A DNA stretch of 64,000 bases. Source: Candidatus Doudnabacteria bacterium. GTDB taxonomy: Bacteria; Patescibacteriota; Doudnabacteria; UBA920; O2-02-FULL-48-8. Each line of letters opens with the position of its first letter. Position 1 is the stretch's first letter. The stretch lies in contig JACPKU010000006.1 in the NCBI GenBank assembly GCA_016186915.1, forward strand, positions 249,619 to 313,618, written 5' to 3'. The position numbers and the translations under genes are program-made. Below, in pieces: positions 7,568 to 17,129 of the stretch. The notes under the pieces were generated by a model. That model did no database searches. It was not told where the DNA came from and saw only the letters and a program-made list of their open reading frames with translations.

Positions 7568-9490
7568 TTAACGATTTTCTGCCCACCACTGGTAAACCTC
7601 GCGGGCCACTGGCACGGCCGCTGAACCGCCCTCGCCGCCTGCTTCAACTAAAATAGTGAGCGCAATCTGTGGATTGGAGGCTGGCGCATATGAAGTAAAC
7701 CAGGCGTGAGTAAGATTTGAATTTTGAGAACTAAATTGAGCCGTACCGGTTTTCCCCGCCACCTCGATCGGTAAAGAATTTAGAGATGCCGCACTCCCGG
7801 CTGTCACGGTCTGCCTCATGGCCCTTTGGATTGTCTGGACAATTCCCGAATCCAAAAAATTCTCTTTAATCACCTTCGGTTCAACCTCTGCCAAAACGTT
7901 ACCTGCTGAATCAGTCACGCTGTCTAAAATATACGGCTGCATAATCTTCCCTCCGTTGGCTATGGTTGCAGTAAGATTATTCAGCTGAACCGGAGTAATC
8001 AGCAAGTCTCCTTGTCCGATGGCGAAATGGTAGGTGTTGCCCAAAAACCACCGCTCGCCTCGGGTTTGAAGTTTCCACTTAGGATCCGGAACCAGCCCGA
8101 ATCTTTCGTTGGGCAAATCTATTCCGGTTTTTTCGCCGAAATTGAATTTTCGATACCACTCGGCAAGCTTGTCCGGACCTAAACCTGCTATCTCAGTTTT
8201 GGGATTCCCTCCACCAACGGTATAAAAATAAATATCAGAAGATCTGGCGATCGCAGAATAGATGTCCATCAGACCCAAACCTGACCTGTCATAGCCATAA
8301 TAGTTAAAACTGCCAATTTGGATCACGCCATCATCTAAAATTTTCGTGTTGGGCGTAACCACCCCTTCTGTCAGTGCCGCAATGCCAAGCAAGGGTTTGA
8401 CAGTCGATCCAGGCGGGTAGGCCCCGGCAACCGCGCGATTAAGCAAAGGGATATTAGGATCATTAATCAAGTTAACATATTGGTCTTGCGTCAGGCCTTG
8501 GGCAAAAAGATTGCTGTCGAAGGAAGGCAGAGAGACCAAGGCTAAAATTTCGCCAGTGTTCGGGTCTTGCGCCACGGCCGCGGCCTTCCGCGAGCTGGTT
8601 CTTGCTGTGCCCTTAACCAAACTTTCATACAAAACCCTCTGCAGCTCGCCATCGATATTGAGTTTGAGGTTGTTCCCCGGCTCTGCCTCTATCTGGCCTA
8701 AGCCTCGCTTAAAATTCCCGTTGACGTCTATTTCAAACTGATTTCTGCCGGCTGTTCCTCGCAGATAATTTTCGTATTGAGCTTCAATTCCTGTTTTGCC
8801 AATGTAGTCATTAATCAAATAGTTTTGGTCTCTATACCGCGCCAGCTCTTCTGCCGTGATTTTGCCGGTATATCCGACCAGATGAGCGTACATCTCTGCC
8901 TGTTTATAGTCTCTTACTGGATTGTTTTGGACCTCAAACCCGGCCAGTTCATTTTGCTTGCTGATAAGAATCAAGGCTTTGTCTTTCGACACGCTGCTGT
9001 CGATTACCTGCGGCTGAATGTTCGTTTCGTTAATTGCTTTAAATTTTTCCAGCAGTTCTGCTTCGGTTTTTCCCAAAATTGCCGCGATTGTCCTGATGCT
9101 GGCTTCACGCTCTTCCACGCTCAGAGGCAAGTTCGGAGCCACCACGACCAGTTCAAAGCTTGGAATGTTGTTCGCAATGACATTGTTGGAACGGTCAACA
9201 ATCAGGCCTCTGGGCGCTAATATATATTGAGTTCTAAGTTTGTTGCCCTCGGCGAGATCTCGATATTCTTCCCCCTTGACCCCTTGAAGGAAAAAAATAC
9301 GGACGACGATTATCAATAAACTGAAAACCACAATTGCCGAAATTGCAGAGTAATTAAGTTTTAGGCGTTCATCATCCACAGGTTCAACACTATCTTCCAA
9401 TTGCGTATCCAAATAAGCTTCATCAAAGCTCAAATTCTTCTTTCGACGAAGGCTTTTGTTTTCTATCCCTTTGATTTCAAACGGATCCAT
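7568..9490 (-). CDS. mrdA: penicillin-binding protein 2 (peptidoglycan D,D-transpeptidase)
   Basis: N-terminal TM, STVKP (SxxK) and KTGTAQ motifs; sits in the mre cluster. Confidence 0.85.
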   Translation of the reverse strand: MDPFEIKGIENKSLRRKKNLSFDEAYLDTQLEDSVEPVDDERLKLNYSAISAIVVFSLLIIVVRIFFLQGVKGEEYRDLAEGNKLRTQYILAPRGLIVDRSNNVIANNIPSFELVVVAPNLPLSVEEREASIRTIAAILGKTEAELLEKFKAINETNIQPQVIDSSVSKDKALILISKQNELAGFEVQNNPVRDYKQAEMYAHLVGYTGKITAEELARYRDQNYLINDYIGKTGIEAQYENYLRGTAGRNQFEIDVNGNFKRGLGQIEAEPGNNLKLNIDGELQRVLYESLVKGTARTSSRKAAAVAQDPNTGEILALVSLPSFDSNLFAQGLTQDQYVNLINDPNIPLLNRAVAGAYPPGSTVKPLLGIAALTEGVVTPNTKILDDGVIQIGSFNYYGYDRSGLGLMDIYSAIARSSDIYFYTVGGGNPKTEIAGLGPDKLAEWYRKFNFGEKTGIDLPNERFGLVPDPKWKLQTRGERWFLGNTYHFAIGQGDLLITPVQLNNLTATIANGGKIMQPYILDSVTDSAGNVLAEVEPKVIKENFLDSGIVQTIQRAMRQTVTAGSAASLNSLPIEVAGKTGTAQFSSQNSNLTHAWFTSYAPASNPQIALTILVEAGGEGGSAAVPVAREVYQWWAENR

Positions 9491-9995
9491 GTTTTTCTTT
9501 AATTACCTTTTGTAAAAAGAAATAGTAATACATTATCGGATAGGTAAACAGAAGATTAAGCAGCATATCAGCCCAAACCTTTTTTCCCAACAAAAAACCA
9601 AGCTGGAATTCATAAGCTAGATGAAAAATTTGGAAAATCTGATTCACCAGCCAGGTCAATACAACAAAAACAATAGTGGCCGCTCCCACAGAACCAAGCA
9701 TAATTTTGAAGTCGTTTTCTGTGGAAAAAAACCAAGCAACCGACAAACGGACCATTACTATGCTTAATATTAAACTTATTGCCAACAACCCGTCCGGCAA
9801 CCCAGAGGCAAAATCAAGCATTAAGGCGGAGATTATGAGAGTCACGCCAAGCTCTTTTTCCCCGCCGAATATGGCCGTAAGTGTGGCAAAAATTAATAAT
9901 AGGTTGACCGAGCCGAATGTGACTAGCAAGCTATTGAACGCGGCCTGCAGAATAATTAGTAGAAACAGGGCGAGAAAAATGATTAGCCACCTCAT
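9477..9995 (-). CDS. mreD: rod shape-determining protein MreD
   Basis: Polytopic small membrane protein between mreC and mrdA. Confidence 0.6.
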   Translation of the reverse strand: MRWLIIFLALFLLIILQAAFNSLLVTFGSVNLLLIFATLTAIFGGEKELGVTLIISALMLDFASGLPDGLLAISLILSIVMVRLSVAWFFSTENDFKIMLGSVGAATIVFVVLTWLVNQIFQIFHLAYEFQLGFLLGKKVWADMLLNLLFTYPIMYYYFFLQKVIKEKHGSV

Positions 9996-10792
9996 TGGAT
10001 TACGAAAAGAAATCTTAAATTTCTTAAATCAGCCGCGGGTGAGACAAAGGCTTTTTGAAACAGTTCTGAAGAAGAAGATTGAATCGAGGTAATTTCGCCA
10101 ATCAAAAGACCGCGGGGAAACTCGTTGGCCAACCCCGAAGTAATCACCTGGTCCTGCGGCTTAATCACTTCGTTTTGGGTAATTAAGTCAAACCCCAAAG
10201 ACAAGCCATGCTCGCCCACGACTAAGCCTCGCGCGCCTGAATCCGCCACCTCGGCATTAATCTTTATAATCGGGTCAGTAATCAAAGTCACCTCGGCGTT
10301 CGTTGGATAGACTTTTGTCACTAACCCGACCAACAAACCAGGCGCTGTTATAACAGAGGTTGCCGGTCTAACCCCGGCATTTTCTCCCTTATCTATGATA
10401 ATGGTCTGGGTAAAGCCGGTGGGATCCAAAGTTTCAACTTCTGCCGCCACAAGATTAAATTCTCGCTGTTCTCTTAAAGCCAGCGCTCTTCTTAGACCCA
10501 AATTTTCCTGCTTTGCCGCGCTTAGCCTTGAATTTTCAAACGACAGTTCGTTTATTCTTTGATTGAGCTCCGCATTTTCCTTTACAATGTCCCTGATGGC
10601 AAAAATTACTCCAAAAAAACTCTTTACTGAATCAGTCCCTTTTACCACCGTCTGAACACTTGGGCCGTAAGCGCGCAAAAAAACGTCTTTGGCAAAATCT
10701 GAATAGCCTTTGGCGTCCGCCATGATCAACAAAGCAATCAAAACGAAGACAACGGACAGCCGAGCAAACGTCTTGGTGTAAATAAATCGCAT
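9992..10792 (-). CDS. mreC: rod shape-determining protein MreC
   Basis: N-terminal TM plus coiled coil plus beta domains; downstream of mreB. Confidence 0.8.
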   Translation of the reverse strand: MRFIYTKTFARLSVVFVLIALLIMADAKGYSDFAKDVFLRAYGPSVQTVVKGTDSVKSFFGVIFAIRDIVKENAELNQRINELSFENSRLSAAKQENLGLRRALALREQREFNLVAAEVETLDPTGFTQTIIIDKGENAGVRPATSVITAPGLLVGLVTKVYPTNAEVTLITDPIIKINAEVADSGARGLVVGEHGLSLGFDLITQNEVIKPQDQVITSGLANEFPRGLLIGEITSIQSSSSELFQKAFVSPAADLRNLRFLFVIQ

Positions 10793-10871
10793 AGGTTAGA
10801 ATTTAGAATCTAGAATATAAAATATAGAATATAGCCGGCTCCCAAAAATTCCAAATTCAAAATTCCAAATT

Positions 10872-11930
10872 CTACCTGGGGATTCGCTCAAATTCCGTAG
10901 CTACCAAAACATCTTTCAGCGTTTCCAGGTCTTCCAGCACGATCCCCGCTCCTCTGGCCACAGCGGTTAGTGGATCGTCCGCCACGTATACTGGCATTTG
11001 GGTTTCTTCCGCAACCAGCCGATCCAGTCCTCGAAGCAAGGCGCCGCCACCGGCCAGTGTGATTCCCTGCTCCATGATATCTGCCACGAGCTCTGGCGGG
11101 GTTTCTTCCACAGCCGTTTTGATGCTGTTGACTATCACTCTTACTGATCTCTGGAGCGCCCCTCTGATTTGTTCATCGGTTACAGCCACTTCTTTTGGCA
11201 AGCCAGTAACCAAATCTCTGCCTCGAATTTTGGCCATTAAGGTTTCTTTCATTGGATAAGCCGAGCCGATCTTAATCTTCACATCCTCGGCTGTCCGCTC
11301 ACCCAATAGCAAATTAAACTCGTCTCTGGCAAACTGAATGATGTTTTGATTCATCTCGTCTCCCGCCACGCGGATGCTTCGCGACGTGACAATCCCACCC
11401 AAAGAAATCACTGCAATCTCCGCTGTCCCGCCGCCTATATCTACGATCATTGAACCTGATGCGTCCTGAATCGGCAATCTCGCGCCGATGGCCGCAGCCA
11501 TGGGCTCTTCGATCAAAAAAGCCTGTCTGGCACCCGCGTTGAGAGTAGCGTCCTGAACGGCTCGCCTTTCCACTTCCGTAACCCCCGAGGGAATGCCCAC
11601 CACCACCCGCGGTCTGGATAAAAACCCAAAAGCGGATTGATTAACCTTTTCAATAAAATATCTAAGCATCTGCTCAGTGATTTCAAAATCCGAAATCACG
11701 CCGTCGACAAGCGGCCGGTTTGCCACGATATGGGATGGAGTCCTGCCGACCATCCGCTTGGCTTCTTCGCCGATCGCCAAAATTTGCTTGGTTTTCTGGT
11801 TTACCGCGACAACCGACGGCTCATTAATAACAATGCCCTTGCCGTGAACATAAACAAGGGTGTTGGCTGTTCCCAAATCAATTCCCACATCATTTGAAAA
11901 TTTATCAAAAACGAAATCTAGAAGCGCCAT
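10872..11930 (-). CDS. mreB: actin-like rod shape protein MreB
   Basis: GIDLGTANTLVYV phosphate-1 motif; 352 aa. Confidence 0.9.
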   Translation of the reverse strand: MALLDFVFDKFSNDVGIDLGTANTLVYVHGKGIVINEPSVVAVNQKTKQILAIGEEAKRMVGRTPSHIVANRPLVDGVISDFEITEQMLRYFIEKVNQSAFGFLSRPRVVVGIPSGVTEVERRAVQDATLNAGARQAFLIEEPMAAAIGARLPIQDASGSMIVDIGGGTAEIAVISLGGIVTSRSIRVAGDEMNQNIIQFARDEFNLLLGERTAEDVKIKIGSAYPMKETLMAKIRGRDLVTGLPKEVAVTDEQIRGALQRSVRVIVNSIKTAVEETPPELVADIMEQGITLAGGGALLRGLDRLVAEETQMPVYVADDPLTAVARGAGIVLEDLETLKDVLVATEFERIPR

Positions 11931-11986
11931 CTTATTCTTTCAACTTAATAGAGAATCGGTTTGTTTTAATTTTTACCTCGTTATTT

Positions 11987-13225
11987 TTATAAGCTCTCGG
12001 AAAGATCCTTTATTTTTACTAATTTTGTTTTATCGCTTCCTCGTTGTTTGGTTTCGACCGAGTCAGACTGCAATGTCTTATCAGAAACCAATACGCGGGT
12101 GGGGATCCCGATCAAATCGCTATCTGCAAATTTACTCCCTGCGCTTACTTCTCTCTCATCGTATAGTACCTGAGTGTTCGTCTCAAGTAAAGCTTTGTAT
12201 ATTTTGTCCGCGGGTGTTTGATTTTTCGAGATATTGATAAGATGGATATCGAAAGGAGCAATGGCCTTCGGCCAGATCATCCCTTGCTCATCATGACTGA
12301 CTTCCACCACCGCTCCCATAAGCCTGCCCAGACCAATACCGTAACTGCCCATAATCACCGGCTGTTCCCTGCCTGTCTCGTCTTTTACTGTAAGACCCAA
12401 GGCTTGGGAATACTTAGTTCCCAGTGGAAAAATATTCCCCACTTCAATGGCTTTCTTTTCTTTAAGCTTGGTTTTATCTAAGCCCAGCTTTTTTAAATTT
12501 TCTTCGGTATAGACTTCTTTATTTATGGCCAGCTTCTTTTTTTCATCGACATAAATTACGTCCTCGCCCGAGTCAGTAACAGTCTGAAACTCGTCGGTAA
12601 GCCCGGTAGTAAAAGATCCGCCCGCGGCGGCGGTGCGAAATGTTCTATCCCCCAAACCCACGCGCTCGAAAATTTTAAGATAGGCGCCGGCGCACAATTC
12701 ATAAAATTCCCTAAATTCTTTTTGGGTTTTACTGAAGGAATAAAGATCCTTCATCAAAAACTCTCGGCCTCTTAAAATCCCGCTTTTGGCGCGCAACTCA
12801 TTTCTAAATTTCGTTTGAAATTGGTAAATATAGATCGGTAAATCTTTATAGGAACTTACATAATGGGTAAGCAAAAAAGTAAGCGGCTCTTCATGCGTAT
12901 TGGCAATGCCGACGTCTGAGCCGTTGGCTAACTTGGTCTTAAACCAATTATCCACCAGCTTGTCGTCCCACCGGTTGGTTTTTCCCCAAACCTCCTTATC
13001 CTGCAGCGTGGTCATGAGAACTTCCTGTCCGCCGATCGCATTCATTTCTTCTCGGATGATCTGTTCAATTTTTTTCAACACCATCAAGCCAAGCGGCAAG
13101 TACTCGTACACGCCAGCCATCACTTTATGGATAAAGCCGGCGCGCGTCAAAAGCCGGGCATTGGTGGCCACTTCGTCCTTTGGCGCTTGTTTTAAAACTT
13201 TGGTAAATAATTGCGACTGCTTCAT
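11987..13225 (-). CDS. proS: prolyl-tRNA synthetase
   Basis: Class II core with LLTRAGFIHKVMAGVYEYLPLG; 412 aa. Confidence 0.8.
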   Translation of the reverse strand: MKQSQLFTKVLKQAPKDEVATNARLLTRAGFIHKVMAGVYEYLPLGLMVLKKIEQIIREEMNAIGGQEVLMTTLQDKEVWGKTNRWDDKLVDNWFKTKLANGSDVGIANTHEEPLTFLLTHYVSSYKDLPIYIYQFQTKFRNELRAKSGILRGREFLMKDLYSFSKTQKEFREFYELCAGAYLKIFERVGLGDRTFRTAAAGGSFTTGLTDEFQTVTDSGEDVIYVDEKKKLAINKEVYTEENLKKLGLDKTKLKEKKAIEVGNIFPLGTKYSQALGLTVKDETGREQPVIMGSYGIGLGRLMGAVVEVSHDEQGMIWPKAIAPFDIHLINISKNQTPADKIYKALLETNTQVLYDEREVSAGSKFADSDLIGIPTRVLVSDKTLQSDSVETKQRGSDKTKLVKIKDLSESL

Positions 13226-13277
13226 TTGCTTTATTTCAGAGATGAAATATTAATATCTCAATCTATTATACCTTCTC

Positions 13278-13305
13278 TTGACAAAATGCGCAAAAAAAGT
13301 ATTAT
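13278..13305 (+). promoter_or_regulatory. sigma70-like promoter TTGACA-N16-TATTAT
   Basis: -35 at 13278-13283 and -10 at 13300-13305. Confidence 0.5.
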
Positions 13306-13311
13306 ATTATT

Positions 13312-13556
13312 TTAAAGCTGGCACCGACCACCCTACCAGCGAAGTGGCAGAGTGCTTTGCTTGCGAAGCGCAGCAAGAGCGCGAGGCAGCGGCCAGATTC
13401 ACTGAGGCGGCATTGGATGTAGACCAAGCTGTTCGGCAACGAGCAGGTGAAATGCCCAGCGATGCAATGGAACGGACGCAAGAGCGCGATCCGTAGCTAC
13501 GAAAACCCGGGGAGCGTAAAGATTTTATATCCTTCGCTCCCCACACCCTTTTTTTC
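13312..13556 (+). ncRNA. candidate GC-rich sRNA (about 245 nt) with its own promoter and intrinsic terminator; identity unknown
   Basis: About 58% GC against about 42% background. Terminator GGGGAGCG-loop-CGCTCCCC plus T7 at 13509-13555. Internal repeat GCAAGAGCGCGA occurs twice. The overlapping 72-aa ORF has no RBS and its ATG lies within the -35. Confidence 0.4.
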
Positions 13557-13627
13557 TAAAGGACTTTTTTTATTTTTTTATTTTAAAGCTCCCCTGCAAC
13601 CACGCTCAGCCCTCTTGATCTTTTCAC

Positions 13628-13648
13628 GCGATCGCTGAAAAAGGTCAA
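13628..13648. repeat. direct repeat DR-B1 GCGATCGCTGAAAAAGGTCAA (GCGATCGC palindromic core)
   Basis: 18/21 identity with 14294-14314; lies 13 nt downstream of the stop of gene 13662..14228. Confidence 0.8.
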
Positions 13649-13661
13649 CAGATCCAGTGAC

Positions 13662-14228
13662 TCAAAGCTCAAATAACCTAACTAAGTCCTTTTGAATATC
13701 AATCTTTTGCACTGTCAATATTCTAATATAGGATCTCACTTCATAAAGCTCACCGATAAAATCAACTTCATCTTCACAGGAATAGGGATAAATCCAAACA
13801 CTTTTCTGCAATTTATAAAACCCTAGCTCTTTTAGTTTATTACGCAGACACTCCCTCCCCATCTTATATTTTTCGGGAATATCAAAAATTACCACACGCC
13901 ATTTACGATCCCATTTCCAGGGCTTTTTGATTCGCATGTCTTCAAGTTTGTATTTCAATACTTTATTTTGTCCGTTCTTTGTAAGTCCTACCACGGTTGT
14001 GTCACCATTTTGTGATACGCCAATCAATCTTTGCTTCTCTATTCTCCTTAAAGAATCATAGACCTTCCGTCTGCCCACTCTTGGGAGACCAAGTTCGTCG
14101 GCAATCACCATAAATGTCAATGGCCCTGCAACAGGAATTGCCAACACTCCGGCTGCGGCGAGAGTTAGCAAGACGGTTTTAGTGATCTTTAGTCTTCGTT
14201 TTGTTTTTTCAGTGTTCAATTTCTTCAT
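13662..14228 (-). CDS. protein with hydrophobic N-terminus, winged-helix-like middle and Cas2/VapD-like C-terminal domain (paralog B)
   Basis: Same architecture as 5775..6353. WRVVIFDIPEKY...NKLKELGFYKLQKSVWIYPYSCEDEVDF. Confidence 0.55.
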   Translation of the reverse strand: MKKLNTEKTKRRLKITKTVLLTLAAAGVLAIPVAGPLTFMVIADELGLPRVGRRKVYDSLRRIEKQRLIGVSQNGDTTVVGLTKNGQNKVLKYKLEDMRIKKPWKWDRKWRVVIFDIPEKYKMGRECLRNKLKELGFYKLQKSVWIYPYSCEDEVDFIGELYEVRSYIRILTVQKIDIQKDLVRLFEL

Positions 14229-14293
14229 AGTTCAATTTCTTCATAATCTTCGGGTAACTTTATCTCCGGATTACTTTTATTGATCATTTACTG

Positions 14294-14314
14294 CGATCGC
14301 TTAAAATAGTCAAT
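14294..14314. repeat. direct repeat DR-B2 GCGATCGCTTAAAATAGTCAA
   Basis: Lies about 65 nt upstream of the start of gene 13662..14228. Confidence 0.8.
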
Positions 14315-14355
14315 TAAAGCAATCAAACACATAACAATTTTTAAATAAATAAATT

Positions 14356-15471
14356 TTAAATAAACAAATTCTTCACTCTTTCTATTATATCAAACCGGCC
14401 GAAGTCTTTGACCGTAACCAAAACCATAAGCAATAACAGCAGGACAAAGCCAACCGTATTGGCCACTTGCTCAATCTTGGCTCTCATTTTCTTGCCTCGA
14501 ACCTTTTCGATTATCAAAAATAAAATTCTTCCGCCGTCCAGGGCTGGAAACGGTATAGCATTAATAATTGCCAAATTCACTGAAAGCACGGCCGTAAATT
14601 GGACTAAATAAATAAATCCAAGTTGCGCCACATCGCGAGTCAGCACGGCAATCCCCACCGGTCCGGCCAAATCAGCGCCCACCCCCTGTCCTGCAAACAA
14701 CCTCGATATGATTACGCCAAAAGCGGAAAGAATGCTCAACAGTAGATTAAACGTTGCCACTAGGCCGCGTGGCAGAGTCTCATACCACGGATAAGCCACT
14801 CTGGCCACTGTGGATACAGTGACGCCAATTGGTCCTTCGTCTTCAGGATGGTCTTCTCTTGGAATCAATGTCCGGTCAAATTCTTCGCCGCCTCGCTTTA
14901 TAGTGTAGAGGGTTTCAAGTCCGGCATTATTTTTAGCTAAAATCGCGGTTTCCTCAAGCGTGTCAATCTCCTCGCCGTTAATTGCCAGCACACTGTCCCC
15001 AACTCGCAGTCCCGCCTGATCAGCAGGTGAATCCGAAGCTATCTCCACCACTGAAACATGAACTTCACGAACCTTAGCAGAATCAGAAAGCTCTGCAGGG
15101 TCTCCGATCACGGTGGGCAGCCCCAGTCCCAGCCCTAAAGAAATTAACACCCAAGCCAGAATAAAATTCATTGTCACGCCAGCAACCAAAACCATAAAAC
15201 GCGAGCCGAATCGTTTATTGCCGAAACTTCTCGGATTATCAGAATCCGAACCGTCCTCACCCACGATTTTTACGAATCCCCCAAGCGGTATCCAGTTAAG
15301 CGAATAAACCGTACCTCCTTTTTTAAATCCAAACAGGCGTGGAGGAAAGCCAAACCCAAACTCCTCTACTTCCATCCCGGCCCGCTTGGCCATGACAAAA
15401 TGTCCCAGCTCGTGCACAAACACGAGCAGGCCTAAAATCAGGATAAAAATTATTATTGTGAGAATAATCAT
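14356..15471 (-). CDS. rseP: RIP metalloprotease RseP (site-2 protease)
   Basis: HELGH zinc motif, PDZ domain and LDG motif; 371 aa. Confidence 0.85.
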   Translation of the reverse strand: MIILTIIIFILILGLLVFVHELGHFVMAKRAGMEVEEFGFGFPPRLFGFKKGGTVYSLNWIPLGGFVKIVGEDGSDSDNPRSFGNKRFGSRFMVLVAGVTMNFILAWVLISLGLGLGLPTVIGDPAELSDSAKVREVHVSVVEIASDSPADQAGLRVGDSVLAINGEEIDTLEETAILAKNNAGLETLYTIKRGGEEFDRTLIPREDHPEDEGPIGVTVSTVARVAYPWYETLPRGLVATFNLLLSILSAFGVIISRLFAGQGVGADLAGPVGIAVLTRDVAQLGFIYLVQFTAVLSVNLAIINAIPFPALDGGRILFLIIEKVRGKKMRAKIEQVANTVGFVLLLLLMVLVTVKDFGRFDIIERVKNLFI

Positions 15472-15540
15472 AAAATAGTTCTAAGTTCCAAGTTCTGATC
15501 CAAGTTCTAAGTAGGAACGTAGGATTATATAAACTTTCTA

Positions 15541-16092
15541 CTAGATAACTAAAACCTCTTTCTCTTTTGCCTCTGTGATTTTCTTAATCTCTTCATTGAA
15601 TTCATCCACAATTTTTTGCAATTCTTCTTTGGCACTTTGTCTGTCATCCTCCGAAATCTTGCCGTCCTTTTCCGATTTCTGAATCTCCTTCCAGATATCT
15701 TCGCGGATGTTGCGGATAGCGACCCTCGTCTTTTCGCTCATCTGCGAAACTGTTTTGACCAAGTCTTTTCTGCGTTCTTCATTCATTGGCGGAATCGTAA
15801 GCCTGATCAAACTTCCTTCATTGCCTGGATTGATCCCAAGATTTGAAGTCTGAATTGCTTTTTCGATCGCGCCAAGTGAGCTCTTGTCATAAGGCTGAAT
15901 GGTGATGCTCCGCGGCTCTGGCACGGTAATTTGGGCAATCTGCAGAAGCGGAGTTTTAACGCCGTAATAGTCAACCAAGAGGTTTTCAACCAGAGCAGAC
16001 TGCGCGCGCCCGGTTCGAAGCGTGCTTAGTTCAGAGCGCAGGTGGTCCACTGCTTTCTCAAATTCCGGTTTTTTTTGCTTGATTAAATCCAT
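15541..16092 (-). CDS. frr: ribosome recycling factor
   Basis: 183 aa with a typical RRF sequence. Confidence 0.9.
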   Translation of the reverse strand: MDLIKQKKPEFEKAVDHLRSELSTLRTGRAQSALVENLLVDYYGVKTPLLQIAQITVPEPRSITIQPYDKSSLGAIEKAIQTSNLGINPGNEGSLIRLTIPPMNEERRKDLVKTVSQMSEKTRVAIRNIREDIWKEIQKSEKDGKISEDDRQSAKEELQKIVDEFNEEIKKITEAKEKEVLVI

Positions 16093-16102
16093 ATTTTTAA
16101 AG

Positions 16103-17128
16103 CTAAATTCTGCCTCCCAACCCCAAATATATCACATTTGAAGTCTGCGGGTTAACCCTTATCAGTCGGACGGCTTGTCCAGTATCGAGTCGTTTGGTCT
16201 CCCAAGTCGAGCCATTGTTTACACTTTTGAACAGAGTTGATCCAATATTGGCAAATACATTGGCGGCATTCATCGGGTTGACTTCCACCGCCTGCACCCG
16301 TCGCTCGGCAGTGTTAGCCGGCAGATTGACCAAATCCCAAGTGCTGCCGTCGTCTTGGGTTCTCACCAGCCCCTGCTCCGTGGCCAAATAAATATTTTGC
16401 GTTGAGTTAGCAGGCGTCGCAAAATCGTAAAACAAACTAATGGCAAGAGCGGGATCGCTAATTTTGTCCGCCCAAGTTTTACCTTGATCAGAACTCATGA
16501 ACAACCCTTTTCGCTGAGTGAGGAGAAACGTCTTGTTCCCCGAGACTGATCTTATCTTGACTATTCGATCGTTGAAATCCTCGCCCGCTTCCCAAGTCGC
16601 TCCTTCGTCGCTTGATCTGATGACCTCGCCAGAAGCAAGACCAGCCACCAGCTGGGAGCGGTTAAGCAGACCGACTGATATAGCAGTCACGGCGTTATTT
16701 TTGTTTGGTTCGGAAAAAATATCCAACCAAGACATGCCGCCGTCCAAAGTTTTGATAATTTTGCCGTTGCTCCCCGAAATGCCGGAAGCATACACCACGC
16801 CCGGCTGAAACGGATCGGCTGTGAGGTCGGAAACATTGATGCCGGTTAGGATAAATTGCCAAGCCTTCCCCCCGTCTTCGGATTTATATATTCCGGAAGG
16901 ACTGCCAAGGTAAACCTTGACTGAATCGAAAGGATCAAACAGCAAACTGGTAACAGTCAGGTTGTCTATACTTCCTCGGCCGGAAACAGCGTTGCTTGGG
17001 CTGAAGCTTTGGCCGCCGTCCTGTGAAAGATACACGCCCTTGCTGCCGGTGTTTAAAGGATCGTTCAACAAATTACAACTCGCCGCTGTGAAAGTAAGAC
17101 CTATCAATAATATGGCTATCTTGCGCAT
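16103..17128 (-). CDS. lipoprotein with BNR/Asp-box beta-propeller repeats
   Basis: Lipobox AASC and six or more SxDxGxTW repeats. Confidence 0.6.
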   Translation of the reverse strand: MRKIAILLIGLTFTAASCNLLNDPLNTGSKGVYLSQDGGQSFSPSNAVSGRGSIDNLTVTSLLFDPFDSVKVYLGSPSGIYKSEDGGKAWQFILTGINVSDLTADPFQPGVVYASGISGSNGKIIKTLDGGMSWLDIFSEPNKNNAVTAISVGLLNRSQLVAGLASGEVIRSSDEGATWEAGEDFNDRIVKIRSVSGNKTFLLTQRKGLFMSSDQGKTWADKISDPALAISLFYDFATPANSTQNIYLATEQGLVRTQDDGSTWDLVNLPANTAERRVQAVEVNPMNAANVFANIGSTLFKSVNNGSTWETKRLDTGQAVRLIRVNPQTSNVIYLGLGGRI

Positions 17129-17129
17129 T

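Noticed and set aside
13278-13496. 72-aa plus-strand ORF.
   Set aside because: Its ATG lies within the promoter -35, it has no RBS, and its composition is driven by the GC-rich RNA-like segment.
5742-14314. Possible CRISPR array suggested by the Cas2-like domains and direct repeats.
   Set aside because: Each repeat occurs only twice, flanking a single gene, with no regular repeat-spacer periodicity and no cas1 or other cas genes. It is not a CRISPR array.
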